A stretch of 63,899 nt of DNA, the filler included. It is 8 parts of 8 records of this genome, joined end to end, with 100 filler letters (N's around TTAATTAATTAA, not from the genome) between each part and the next. Parts side by side here need not be neighbours in the genome. Positions count along the whole stretch, not along the records: positions 39,319 to 45,146 come from SRR31156797_33753; positions 45,247 to 53,152 come from SRR31156797_33756; 6 more parts are not named here. One strand, written 5' to 3'. Below the pieces are notes generated by a model. The model saw nothing but the letters and a program-made list of their open reading frames with translations, made no database searches and had not been told where the DNA came from. The translations under genes and the position numbers were made by a program. This document shows, one piece after another, positions 41,270 through 50,846 of the stretch; positions within the stretch are counted from its first letter, which is position 1, and every line of letters starts with the position of its first letter.

Positions 41270-42460
41270 ATGTTAAATTTTCAATATTTCATGCCCACAC
41301 GGGTAATCTTTGGTCCAGACACCCTGAAACAACTGGGTGATACACCGCACCTTCCCCGTGGCAATAAAGCCATGGTGGTTATTGGTGAGTCCGGTGTCAT
41401 GATCAAACAAGGGTATCTGGCGACCGTCCAAAGTCAACTGGCCAAACAAGATGTACAAACCATCGTATTTGACAAAGTCCGCCCGAATCCTGAATCAGAC
41501 ATGGTAGACGAAGCCGCAGCTATTTGCCGTGAGAACGACGTAAACTTCATTGTCGGCCTCGGCGGCGGATCAACCATTGACTCTGCAAAATCAATCGCGC
41601 TCATGGCAACCAACGACGGCAAGTACTGGGATTACATGCAATCGGGTAGTGGCGGAGGACTGGAACCCGAAAAGGATGCTTTACCGATTGTCGCTATTCC
41701 AACAACAGCAGGCACCGGCACAGAAGCCGACCCGTGGACCGTTATTAGCAAATCAGGCACCAACGAAAAGATCGGATGGGGAAATGATTCCACCTTCCCG
41801 GCCCTGTCTATTGTTGACCCATCACTGATGCTGTCCGTACCTCCCAAACAGACAGCTTACACAGGCATGGATGCCTTTTTCCACGCGACCGAAGCGTATC
41901 TGGCAACCTGCCGTCAGCCTGCCAGTGACATGCTCGCTCTGGAAGCCGTACACCTTATCGCGCACACCCTGCCCCAAGCAGTTGCCAACGGAAACGACCT
42001 CGAAGCTCGCACCATTATGGCATGGGCCTGCACTGCAGCCGGCCTGTGCGAATCATATTCTTCCTGCATCTCTCAACATTCGCTGGAACACGCCCTATCC
42101 GCTTTTCACCCGGAGTTGCCTCATGGAGCCGGATTGGTACTCATTTCAAGAGCCTACTTTGGTTTCTTGGCTGCATGCGGTGAAGAACGACTGGAAGACC
42201 TTGCTTTGGCCATGGGAGACACTCTGGCAGAAAGCATTGATGAAGAAGTCAGCGGCGTAGCTTTCCTTGATGCACTCGACAAACTCATCACTGACATCGG
42301 CCTGGCTGACGAAAAGCTCTCCGACTACGGTGTGACTCGCGAAGAAATTCCGGCGTTAGCAGAGAATGCCCTGACGACCATGGGCGCACTCTTTGACATC
42401 ACGCCAGTACAAATGTCCATTGAAGACGTTATCGCGATTTTTGAAGCAGCTTACGAATAA
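41270..42460 (+). CDS. iron-containing alcohol dehydrogenase
   Basis: GLGGGSTID, PTTAGTG.E, DAFFHATE, QHSLEH, PHG. Confidence 0.95.
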   Translation: MLNFQYFMPTRVIFGPDTLKQLGDTPHLPRGNKAMVVIGESGVMIKQGYLATVQSQLAKQDVQTIVFDKVRPNPESDMVDEAAAICRENDVNFIVGLGGGSTIDSAKSIALMATNDGKYWDYMQSGSGGGLEPEKDALPIVAIPTTAGTGTEADPWTVISKSGTNEKIGWGNDSTFPALSIVDPSLMLSVPPKQTAYTGMDAFFHATEAYLATCRQPASDMLALEAVHLIAHTLPQAVANGNDLEARTIMAWACTAAGLCESYSSCISQHSLEHALSAFHPELPHGAGLVLISRAYFGFLAACGEERLEDLALAMGDTLAESIDEEVSGVAFLDALDKLITDIGLADEKLSDYGVTREEIPALAENALTTMGALFDITPVQMSIEDVIAIFEAAYE

Positions 42461-42464
42461 AATT

Positions 42465-42495
42465 AAAGGCGCACGGTTTAGACCGTGCGCCTTTT
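42465..42495 (+). terminator. intrinsic terminator
   Basis: AAAGGCGCACGGT/ACCGTGCGCCTTT. Confidence 0.75.
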
Positions 42496-42507
42496 CAGGA
42501 AAACATT

Positions 42508-43002
42508 ATGCCAACTCATTACTTTGCATCCATTCCTGAACTCGCCCCGCTTTTCGAAAACAGTGACTACACAGACCTCAAGTCCATTGACACATCAAAA
42601 ACACTTCGAGAATTCCTACCGGGATTCATCTACTATGCTCCCAAATGGTTATGTTTTATTTATAAGATTCGAGCTGTATTCGTCAGACTCCTTGGCATGC
42701 GTCAGGAAAGCGTCGATTTAACGCCAATAGCACCAGAAGATGTCTCTTTTACCCCGGGAGATCCGTGTCAGGCCTTCACCGTGACCCACGGCAGGGACAA
42801 CGTTTATCTGGCTGTTGAACATGCAGCAGATCACCTGTGCGCAAAGCTTTTGATTGCAGCAGAACCACATGGCAACGGAATGAATACAATGCACATTGGC
42901 ACCATTGTTCATTACAACCGCTGGACCGGCCCCTTCTATTTTACCTTTGTCCGCCCTTTCCATCATCTTGTCGTTAATAGAATGATGAACGCCGGAAAAT
43001 AA
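42508..43002 (+). CDS. DUF2867-like protein
   Basis: PKWL..IYKIR..FV, HL.A.L, T.VHYNRWTG.FYF..VRPFH.LVV. Confidence 0.75.
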   Translation: MPTHYFASIPELAPLFENSDYTDLKSIDTSKTLREFLPGFIYYAPKWLCFIYKIRAVFVRLLGMRQESVDLTPIAPEDVSFTPGDPCQAFTVTHGRDNVYLAVEHAADHLCAKLLIAAEPHGNGMNTMHIGTIVHYNRWTGPFYFTFVRPFHHLVVNRMMNAGK

Positions 43003-43112
43003 TCTTTTTTCTTTATATTATAAAAATCAACACAGACGTAAAAGCTCCCATTTGAGAGTCTCTTTTAACATGGCAATTCAATTCTCTATTTCAAAATATT
43101 TCCTATGCAAAA

Positions 43113-44336
43113 CTATTCAATAGGAATCATTTCATATGAATCGCCAGAAAGGCACCGACATCCGTCGTCCGTAATTTCAAACGTATTTTCCACTCCTACC
43201 ATAGCAACACCACGTATACTCTGTTTTGGCTCAATGGCGATAACCATGCCCTTCTCAAACGGAACATCAAATCCCTTGGCAATGGGTGGAAACTCATCAA
43301 TGGTTAACCCTATACCATGACCGATGAAGGGCACTTTGTTTTCATCCAACCCCATAAAACCATCTGCAAAACCTTGCTTGTCCGCTTGATTAACACAATA
43401 TTCATACAGTTCAGCAGGAGTCACACCCGGACGAGCTGTTTCACAACACCAATTCTGCATCTCAATACAAAAATCATGTGCCTTACGGATTTCGTCAGTC
43501 TTGGCTGATTCAGGTCCTGCAAAATACGCTTGTGTCTTATCTGTATGATATCCTTCGATCTGAAAGCCTATGTCGAGCATAAGCGGCTCACCTAATTCCC
43601 ACACTTTGTTCGCATTCCCCATAAAGACGGAAGCGGGATGTTCGCCACGCAAGCCAAGCGGCCCATTAAAACCACTAGGATAATTTCCTGAATCGCCAGC
43701 CGCTATATGACCAAGAAATATTTCTTCACCATGGGCCTGCATACGCATCATGCCCATATGCCCCTCTGCAAAAAACGCCTCCCAAGCAAGATGAGAAACT
43801 TCTCGTTCTGTCATGCCCGGTTTCAACTTTTCGGGTAACAACTCATACAGGCATTTATGATGCAAGGCTCCACAACGACGCATGATTTCCAATTCAAAAT
43901 CTGACTTGACCATCTTTGCCAATGCGACAGCATGATCCCCGGGAACAATGGTATAATCCTTGAGCTTGGAAGACAGCATAACCCCGAGCTGCCATGTCAA
44001 TCCGGCCATAACAGCCGCAAGAGTAGTGGTAAATGGGCTACCAACGTCAGCACATAAATTCGGAAGTTCTGAATAGGATTTAAACGACAAAACATATTCA
44101 ACCCCAGCCTCAATACGCGCACGTTCAATACCATTTCGAATGAGTAAAACAGGTTTACCTTCCAGAGGAAGCCACAATACTCCTTGACCGAAAGTCCCTG
44201 TCAAATAGTAGATATTAAGACGTGAAAAAACCAAAATACCACCTGCGTCTGGGGCAACCGTCTGTAAATGACGTCGAACGGCATCTTGACGACGATTCAA
44301 TTCAATTTCAGGGATATGGGCAATGGCTTCAAACAT
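43113..44336 (-). CDS. M24-family (Xaa-Pro) metallopeptidase
   Basis: Creatinase-like N-terminus; LDIG...GYHTDKT, GHGIGL..DE.P, IEPK, GVENT. Confidence 0.9.
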   Translation of the reverse strand: MFEAIAHIPEIELNRRQDAVRRHLQTVAPDAGGILVFSRLNIYYLTGTFGQGVLWLPLEGKPVLLIRNGIERARIEAGVEYVLSFKSYSELPNLCADVGSPFTTTLAAVMAGLTWQLGVMLSSKLKDYTIVPGDHAVALAKMVKSDFELEIMRRCGALHHKCLYELLPEKLKPGMTEREVSHLAWEAFFAEGHMGMMRMQAHGEEIFLGHIAAGDSGNYPSGFNGPLGLRGEHPASVFMGNANKVWELGEPLMLDIGFQIEGYHTDKTQAYFAGPESAKTDEIRKAHDFCIEMQNWCCETARPGVTPAELYEYCVNQADKQGFADGFMGLDENKVPFIGHGIGLTIDEFPPIAKGFDVPFEKGMVIAIEPKQSIRGVAMVGVENTFEITDDGCRCLSGDSYEMIPIE

Positions 44337-44417
44337 GGGAACTCCTTCACTCTATTACAACTAGGCAATCGGCATCGTTTGCTGTACAAGTCGTCACAGT
44401 CAAACGAGGTAGATACA

Positions 44418-44837
44418 ATGTTGATTGATATGAAAGAGCTAGCCCCACTGTTGCGTGAGGTCAAGACCATTGCAGTGGTCGGCGCCATAGATAAACCGTC
44501 CAGACCTGTGGATGGTGTTGGCCGGACGATGATCGATATGGGGTTCGACATCATCCCTGTTCACCCAAAACGTTCGGATGTATGGGGACTTCCCACCTAC
44601 CAGACAGTAACGGATATTCCGACTCCCGTAGATGTGGTGGACCTATTCAGAGCTGCACAATTCTGTCCAGATCATGCTCATGAAGTTTTGAAGATGAATC
44701 CGCTTCCCAAAATTTTTTGGATGCAGTCCGGTGTTGTCAGCCCCGAAGCACGAAAGATCTTAGAAGGAAGCGGCATCGTTGTTGTTGAAGACCGTTGCCT
44801 TAAAGTCGAACTCCAAGCAATGGGGATCACGAGATGA
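44418..44837 (+). CDS. CoA-binding protein (YccU-like)
   Basis: GAGG RBS; TIAVVGA, IPVHP, VDVVDLFR, WMQSG, DRCLK. Confidence 0.9.
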   Translation: MLIDMKELAPLLREVKTIAVVGAIDKPSRPVDGVGRTMIDMGFDIIPVHPKRSDVWGLPTYQTVTDIPTPVDVVDLFRAAQFCPDHAHEVLKMNPLPKIFWMQSGVVSPEARKILEGSGIVVVEDRCLKVELQAMGITR

Positions 44838-45146
44838 GTGAAATAGCTTTTGATTGTCAAATGTGTGGGCATTGTTGCCAAGGCGAAGGCGGCATCGTCA
44901 TGACCGCCAAAGACCGCAAACGTCTGGCCGAACACCTCAACATTTCTGTCGATGAATTAGTCAAAAAATACGCACATCAACGCGGTGGAAAACTTCACCT
45001 CAACGTTGGGAAAGACAACTACTGTATCTTCTACAAGGAAGGATGCGGTGTGCATCCGGGACGCCCTGACATTTGTCGTGCATGGCCGTATTTTCGAGGT
45101 AACCTTGTTGATGAGTTGAGCTGGGAAATGATTCAGGACTACTGTC
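44834..45146 (+). CDS. YkgJ-family cysteine cluster protein, 3'-truncated
   Basis: FDCQMCGHCC, CIF, C.VH..RP.ICR.WPY. Confidence 0.88.
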
Positions 45147-45246
45147 NNNNNNNNNNNNNNNNNNNNNNNNNNNNNNNNNNNNNNNNNNNNTTAATTAATT
45201 AANNNNNNNNNNNNNNNNNNNNNNNNNNNNNNNNNNNNNNNNNNNN
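45147..45246. other. artificial contig linker
   Basis: N44-TTAATTAATTAA-N44. Confidence 0.99.
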
Positions 45247-45873
45247 AGCATCGGCCGGGTCCGGCGCATTCAAAAGACGGGAACCAGGAGCCTTCTGACC
45301 CTGAGCCATGACTTCGGGGAGATCCCCCGCAAGGGGGACTCTATCGCCGTCAACGGTGTCTGTCTGACCGTCAGCAGCGCCGACAGCCGGAACTTCTCGG
45401 CCGAGTGCTACTACGCCACATTGGCGAAAAGCAATCTGAAAAATCTGAAGCCGGGAGATCGAGTTCATATGGAACCGGCCCTCAGGATGGGGGACGCCCT
45501 GGACGGTCATTTCGTACAGGGCCATGTGAACCGGACCGTAAAGGTCCTCTCCCTGAAGCCGGTCGACCGCGGGGCCGCTCTCCGCATGAGCCGCCCCGAA
45601 AAGGACGACGGCGCCCTGATCCCCGAGGGATCGGTGGCCCTGAACGGGGTCAGCCTGACGATCAGCGCCCTGGACGGCGCATCCTTCTCCGTCCAGCTGA
45701 TAGGGGAGACCCTCAAGGACAGCCTGCTGGGGAAACTGAGGCCCGGAGCCGAGGTCAACCTGGAAACGGATATGCTGCTGCGGGGCAGAACCGCCGCAGA
45801 GAACGACGGCCCGCAGAGGAGCGCCTCTCCGGGCTTAACGAAAGAAAAATTATTACAGTGGGGATATGTATGA
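45247..45873 (+). CDS. ribE: riboflavin synthase alpha chain, 5'-truncated
   Basis: Frame is open from the contig edge: GDSIAVNGVCLTV, GHFVQGHV, GSVALNGVSLTI, VNLETD. Confidence 0.93.
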   Translation, partial: SIGRVRRIQKTGTRSLLTLSHDFGEIPRKGDSIAVNGVCLTVSSADSRNFSAECYYATLAKSNLKNLKPGDRVHMEPALRMGDALDGHFVQGHVNRTVKVLSLKPVDRGAALRMSRPEKDDGALIPEGSVALNGVSLTISALDGASFSVQLIGETLKDSLLGKLRPGAEVNLETDMLLRGRTAAENDGPQRSASPGLTKEKLLQWGYV

Positions 45874-47120
45874 GCAGTGTGAATAACGTGGATAAGAGTA
45901 TGAACATCAGTGTGGAAGAGGCCCTGAAGCGGATCGCCGCCGGGCAGATGGTGATCGTGACCGATCATGAGGACCGGGAGAACGAGGGGGACCTTGTGGG
46001 CGCCGCCCGCTTCGCCGCCCCCGGGATGGTGAACTTTATGGCCCGGAACGGACGGGGACTGATCTGCGTCGCCCTGGAGGAGAGCCTCTGCAAGCGGGCG
46101 GGTTTGAGCCTTCTGGATCAGGAGGCTGGTCCCGAAGCCATCCACGGCACCCGCTTCTGCACTCCCATCGACGCCATAGAGGGCTGTACGACAGGGATCT
46201 CAGCCTACGACCGCTCGGTCACCCTGACCCGTCTCTGCGCCGATGACTGCCGGCCCGAAGACTTCGCCCGTCCGGGGCATATGTTCCCCATCATGGAGGC
46301 CGAGGGGGGGCTGGCCGTTCGTCAGGGCCATACGGAGGCTTCCGTCTATCTGGCCAGGGAAGCCGGGCTCGAGGGCGCCGCGGTGATCTGCGAGATGATG
46401 GATGTGGACGGCCATATGGTCCGGGGCGCCAGGATCGACGAGCTGGCGGCCGAGTGGGGCCTGGGCGTCCTGAGCGTGAACGACATCGTGGAGTACTTCA
46501 ACGGCCGGGCGGAGGGAGGCGCTTCCGCCGACGCCGGCCCGGTTCCCGAGCTTGCCCTGCCCACCGAGGCCGGAGAGTTCCGCATGGAGTTCATCAACCC
46601 CGAAGAGGGCGCGACGGACGAGCATTTCTGCCTCTTCAAGGAACAGGGTGGTTCTGTCCATCCCGACGGGCCCCTGGTCAGGATCCACTCCGAGTGTCTG
46701 ACCGGAGACCTTCTGGGCTCCCGCAGATGCGACTGCGGAGCCCAGCTGGACGCGGCCAGAAGCCGGATCGAAGAGGAGGGCAGGGGCTATCTGATCTACC
46801 TCCGCCAGGAGGGCAGGGGCATCGGCCTCAGGGCCAAGATCAAGGCCTACCACCTCCAGGACAAGGGGCTGGACACCCTGGACGCCAACCTCCACCTCGG
46901 CTATCCCGCCGACGACAGGGACTATCGCATGGCAGCCGCTTACCTGCTGAAGCGGGGCGTGCGCAAGATCCGTCTGATGACCAATAATCCCGACAAGATC
47001 AGCCAGATGGAAGGCGCCGGCCTCGAGGTCGTCCGGATTCCCCTGATCGTCGGAGAGGGAAAGGACAACCGCTTCTATATAAGGACCAAACAGGAACGGA
47101 TGGGACACCTGTCCGCCTGA
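45870..47120 (+). CDS. ribBA: bifunctional DHBP synthase / GTP cyclohydrolase II
   Basis: [52 protein letters not shown] overlap with ribE. Confidence 0.95.
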   Translation: MSSVNNVDKSMNISVEEALKRIAAGQMVIVTDHEDRENEGDLVGAARFAAPGMVNFMARNGRGLICVALEESLCKRAGLSLLDQEAGPEAIHGTRFCTPIDAIEGCTTGISAYDRSVTLTRLCADDCRPEDFARPGHMFPIMEAEGGLAVRQGHTEASVYLAREAGLEGAAVICEMMDVDGHMVRGARIDELAAEWGLGVLSVNDIVEYFNGRAEGGASADAGPVPELALPTEAGEFRMEFINPEEGATDEHFCLFKEQGGSVHPDGPLVRIHSECLTGDLLGSRRCDCGAQLDAARSRIEEEGRGYLIYLRQEGRGIGLRAKIKAYHLQDKGLDTLDANLHLGYPADDRDYRMAAAYLLKRGVRKIRLMTNNPDKISQMEGAGLEVVRIPLIVGEGKDNRFYIRTKQERMGHLSA

Positions 47121-47176
47121 AGATCATAGAGCAGATTGAAAACATATTGAAACCATTTGAATTACAGGAGAATAGG

Positions 47177-47644
47177 ATGAGCAATACACAGATAAGAGAA
47201 GGCCTGCTTCAGGGCGAGGGAATGAAATTCACCTTTGTGGTGAGCCGCTTCAACGACATTATCACCTCCCGTCTGGAGGAGGGCGCCCGGGACTGCCTGG
47301 TCCGTCACGGGGTAAAGGAAGAGGACATCAAAGTGGTCCGGGTTCCCGGCGCCTTCGAGATCCCCCTCGCCGCCCGCTGGGCCGCCGATGAGGACTGCGA
47401 CGGGGTGATCACCCTGGGCGCCGTCATCCGGGGCGGAACCCCCCATTTCGACTATGTGTGCGCCGAGGTGTCCAAGGGCGTGGCTTCCGTCTCCCTGGAC
47501 AGCGGCAAGCCCGTGGGATTCGGAGTCCTGACCTGCGACAGCCTGGAACAGGCCCTCGAGCGGGCGGGCAGCAAGGGGGGGAACAAGGGCTGGGAAGCCG
47601 CCGTCACCGCCCTTGAGATGGCCTCTCTCAAGCGTTCCTTCTAG
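47177..47644 (+). CDS. ribH: 6,7-dimethyl-8-ribityllumazine synthase
   Basis: [33 protein letters not shown]. Confidence 0.97.
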   Translation: MSNTQIREGLLQGEGMKFTFVVSRFNDIITSRLEEGARDCLVRHGVKEEDIKVVRVPGAFEIPLAARWAADEDCDGVITLGAVIRGGTPHFDYVCAEVSKGVASVSLDSGKPVGFGVLTCDSLEQALERAGSKGGNKGWEAAVTALEMASLKRSF

Positions 47645-47742
47645 CCTGAGGCCTTAAGAGGGGAGGCGGAAGGCGGCTCCTGAGGCACGGAAAACCGGAG
47701 GGCTGGATTTTATATCTGACTCAACCGATAATAGGGATATCC

Positions 47743-49188
47743 ATGACAGCCCGACAGATCCTGCGCCAGAAGTCCGCCTCCTACCTGAACCTCGCCCAGT
47801 GGGCTTCCATTGCCCTTCTATCGGCGGTGGCGGCCAATGCGGTCTACCAGGGCTTCTTCTTTCTGTACCGGAAGATGACCGGCTTCCTCTCCTCCCTGGA
47901 GGGGATCCCCCTCTGGATCTGGCCCACCCTGGCGGTCTTTCCGGTGGGGCTTGTCGTCTACAGGCTTGTGCCCTCCTCCATGGGGGAGGGAATCCCTTCC
48001 TATCTGGAAGGGATCAGAAGGAAAAAGGGAGCCCTCTCCTTCAGGGAGACGATTTTCAAATTCCTGGCGGCCCTGCTGACCCTCGGATGCTTCGGCAACG
48101 GAGGCTTCGTAGGTCCCCTGGGGAGGATGAGCGCCGGATTCATGTCCGGCTTCGGCCGCGTTCTGACACGGCTGGGGATGCGCAGGGAGCTGCTGCCCCT
48201 CTTTCCCGTATGCGGCATGGCCTCCCTGCTGGGGGCCCTGATGCACAGCTCCATTGGGGCCGGGATCTTTGCGGTCGAGATCATCCTCAAGACCAATATG
48301 CAGTACCGCCATCTCTTCCCGGCCATCCTCGCCAGTTCGGCAAGCGTTTCCATCGCCCGGAGCCTCGGGCTCTCTCCCCTCTTCAGCTTTGAAGCTCCCT
48401 TCAGCCATACGGATATGGATATCTTTCTCTGCGCCCTGTTCGTCATGGTCAGCGCCGGTTTCCTGGGAAAGGGATTTATCCTCAGTTACGGAGGGATCTC
48501 CCGCGTCTTTCTGCGGGACAGCCTGCTCCCATCCGGGAGGAGGACCCTCCTGATGATGGCGGGAACCATGACCGCATCCCTGACCCTGCTGATGAATCCC
48601 GCCCTCATAGGAACGAGCCACGGTATTGTGAAAGCGCTGTTTTCCATGGACAAGGCCGTGCTCTACGGTCGTCTTCCCGGGGAGGTTCCCCTCTTCGCGG
48701 TGCTTCTCCTTCTTTTGGTCTGTAAGGGCCTGGCCAATATCTTTACAGTCGCGTCGGGAATGAGCGCCGGTTTCACGGGGCCCGCCATCCTCATGGGGCT
48801 TCTTTTGGGAGCCGCCTTTGCCGAGTTCTTCGGCATCCCCGAGGGATCGGATGAGTTCTACACCCTGATGGCCGCGGGATTCGCCTCCTATTTCGCCAGT
48901 ATGATGAACACGCCCATAGCTTCGGCTGTGATTACGGTGGAGCTCTTCGGGCTTCATTACAGCCTGCCGGCGGGCCTGGCCGCGGTGGTAGGCTATATGG
49001 TCAACCAGGACCATACCCTTTACGACCTCGTCCTCGAGGAGCGGAGCGAACGGCTCGAAGAGCTGCATCAGACCGGCCAGGGGGAGCATGGTGACGCCGA
49101 ACCGGCGAAGGGGGACGGCGACGGCCTCGGTGTCTTCGACGAACTGATCGGAGTGAGCGAGAAGAGGAGGAGTGAGGATGAAGGATAG
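47743..49188 (+). CDS. CLC-family chloride channel/transporter with non-canonical signature motifs
   Basis: GEGIP, GFVGP, FAVEII, GFTGP, NTPIAS...VELFG, LY; multiple TM helices. Confidence 0.88.
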   Translation: MTARQILRQKSASYLNLAQWASIALLSAVAANAVYQGFFFLYRKMTGFLSSLEGIPLWIWPTLAVFPVGLVVYRLVPSSMGEGIPSYLEGIRRKKGALSFRETIFKFLAALLTLGCFGNGGFVGPLGRMSAGFMSGFGRVLTRLGMRRELLPLFPVCGMASLLGALMHSSIGAGIFAVEIILKTNMQYRHLFPAILASSASVSIARSLGLSPLFSFEAPFSHTDMDIFLCALFVMVSAGFLGKGFILSYGGISRVFLRDSLLPSGRRTLLMMAGTMTASLTLLMNPALIGTSHGIVKALFSMDKAVLYGRLPGEVPLFAVLLLLLVCKGLANIFTVASGMSAGFTGPAILMGLLLGAAFAEFFGIPEGSDEFYTLMAAGFASYFASMMNTPIASAVITVELFGLHYSLPAGLAAVVGYMVNQDHTLYDLVLEERSERLEELHQTGQGEHGDAEPAKGDGDGLGVFDELIGVSEKRRSEDEG

Positions 49189-50173
49189 GATACGCTGGGG
49201 AATCATCGGCGCCGGGGATGTGGCCGAGGTGAAAAGCGGCCCCGCCTTTCAGAAGGCCGAAAACTCGGAACTGCTGGCGGTGATGCGGCGCGATCCGGAG
49301 AAGGCCGCCGATTTCGCCAGGCGTCACGGCGTCCCCTCCTGGTACTCGGATGCGGATGCGTTGTTAAATCGCAAAGACATCGACGCCGTTTATATCGCCA
49401 CACCTCCCTCCTCCCACAGGGATCTGGCCGTACGCGCTCTGAAGGCCGGTAAGGACGTCTACCTGGAGAAGCCCGTGTCGCGCAGGGCCGCGGAGGCCCG
49501 GGAGATCCTTCCCGTTTTGAAGGAGAGCGGCCGGAAGCTGACGGTGGCCCATTACCGCCGGCGTCTTCCCTCCTTCCGGAGGATCAAGTCCCTGCTGGAG
49601 GAGAAGGCCGTAGGGGATATCCGTTTTGTGCAGATGAGGATCTTCAGGAGCGATGACGCCTCGGATATGACCCGCACGGATGACCACTGGCGTCTGAAGC
49701 CCGAGGTCTCCGGGGGAGGTCTGTTCTACGATATCGCTCCCCATCAGATCGACCTGATGCTCCATTACTTCGGAGCCCCTCTCGAGGTCGGCGGACGCTC
49801 GCTGAACCGAAGCGGAGTGGCGGGGGTGGACGATTATGTTTCGGCCCAGATCCTGTTTCCCGGAAGCATCCCCTTCCAGGGGCTCTGGTACTTAAACGCC
49901 GACCACGCGAGCCGCAACCTGGACCGTTGCGAGATCTACGGTTCGGAGGGCATGATCGCCTTCTCCCTCTTCGGAAGCGATGTGGAGATCTTCCGGGAGG
50001 GGCGGTGCGATCGTCTGCGCTTTGAGAATCCCCCCCATGTGCAGCAGCCCATGATCGCCGACGCGGCGGACTATTTTCTGGGCCGGGCCGGAAATCCCTG
50101 CTCTCTGGAGGAGGGGATCATGGTGATGGCCATCCTGGACGGGGTCAGCGGGGCGGAAGCCTTCACTCTCTGA
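49178..50173 (+). CDS. Gfo/Idh/MocA-family oxidoreductase
   Basis: WGIIGAG, YIATPP..H, YLEKP, GGG...D...H..D. Confidence 0.93.
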   Translation: MKDRIRWGIIGAGDVAEVKSGPAFQKAENSELLAVMRRDPEKAADFARRHGVPSWYSDADALLNRKDIDAVYIATPPSSHRDLAVRALKAGKDVYLEKPVSRRAAEAREILPVLKESGRKLTVAHYRRRLPSFRRIKSLLEEKAVGDIRFVQMRIFRSDDASDMTRTDDHWRLKPEVSGGGLFYDIAPHQIDLMLHYFGAPLEVGGRSLNRSGVAGVDDYVSAQILFPGSIPFQGLWYLNADHASRNLDRCEIYGSEGMIAFSLFGSDVEIFREGRCDRLRFENPPHVQQPMIADAADYFLGRAGNPCSLEEGIMVMAILDGVSGAEAFTL

Positions 50174-50753
50174 TGACGATTCCCAGGGGCGCCAGGAGGG
50201 ACAGGGCATCGGGGGCTGAGAATATGGCGCCCCTCAGCTTGTTCTGCTCCGGATTGATCGAGTAGCCCCGGGCTCCCGAAAAATCGGCCTTCCTCAGGTC
50301 GCATCCGCTGAACGGGGTCTCCCTGAATTCGCAGTTCCCGAATACCGCCTGCCTCAGATCTACCCTGTGGAACTCGCAGTCCCGGAAGCTGCTGTCCTTG
50401 AAAGAGCGCTTCTTCAGGTCCCCTTCGGCAAAGAAGCAGTGGCGGACCTCGCAGGCTTTCATGTTCAGATAGACCTGATGGGGGGCGCAGTCGGAGAAGT
50501 TAATCCCCTGCAGCCGGCAGTCAATGAAGTCACAGGAGGCGAAGGCGGCTCCCGCCACCTTGAGCAGGCTCAGCTCGCAGTCCTCGAAGCGGCAGCCCCG
50601 GAAGGCCGTCCCCCTGAGGTCCAGCTCCGAGAAGCGGCAGGAGCTGAACTGGCAGTCCTCGATGAGTCTGTGGGTTATCTCTTCTGATTCCAGGCGCAGT
50701 CCGTGGAACTCTTCGGCTTCCAGATATTCATTGTCAGGCAGGTTGTTCATCAT
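50163..50753 (-). CDS. pentapeptide-repeat protein
   Basis: Repeating xxFxx/xxLxx pentamers (CQFSS CRFSE, CDLRK ADFSG) and a terminal LL..LGI. Confidence 0.9.
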   Translation of the reverse strand: MMNNLPDNEYLEAEEFHGLRLESEEITHRLIEDCQFSSCRFSELDLRGTAFRGCRFEDCELSLLKVAGAAFASCDFIDCRLQGINFSDCAPHQVYLNMKACEVRHCFFAEGDLKKRSFKDSSFRDCEFHRVDLRQAVFGNCEFRETPFSGCDLRKADFSGARGYSINPEQNKLRGAIFSAPDALSLLAPLGIVIRE

Positions 50754-50846
50754 GGTAACAGCCTAGCCCGAGCGGCGACCGGCGTCAAGGACCCGGATCC
50801 GCTGCGCGAATAGGGTCTGGCGCAGGTTCGCTCAAGGCGGGAGACC

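Noticed and set aside
45405-45869. 155-aa N-terminal extension of RibBA in the ORF track
   Set aside because: It is an alternative-frame read-through of ribE. The true start is the ATGA overlap at 45870 (or 45900).
47818-49206. Long antisense ORFs (462 aa here; also 51771-52910, 57105-58295, 58669-59934, 60790-62001)
   Set aside because: They are shadow ORFs opposite well-supported genes in GC-rich, codon-biased DNA, with no domain motifs.
50163-50753. Pentapeptide-repeat protein as a Qnr quinolone-resistance gene
   Set aside because: The fold family is widespread, and I see no Qnr-specific evidence or mobile context.
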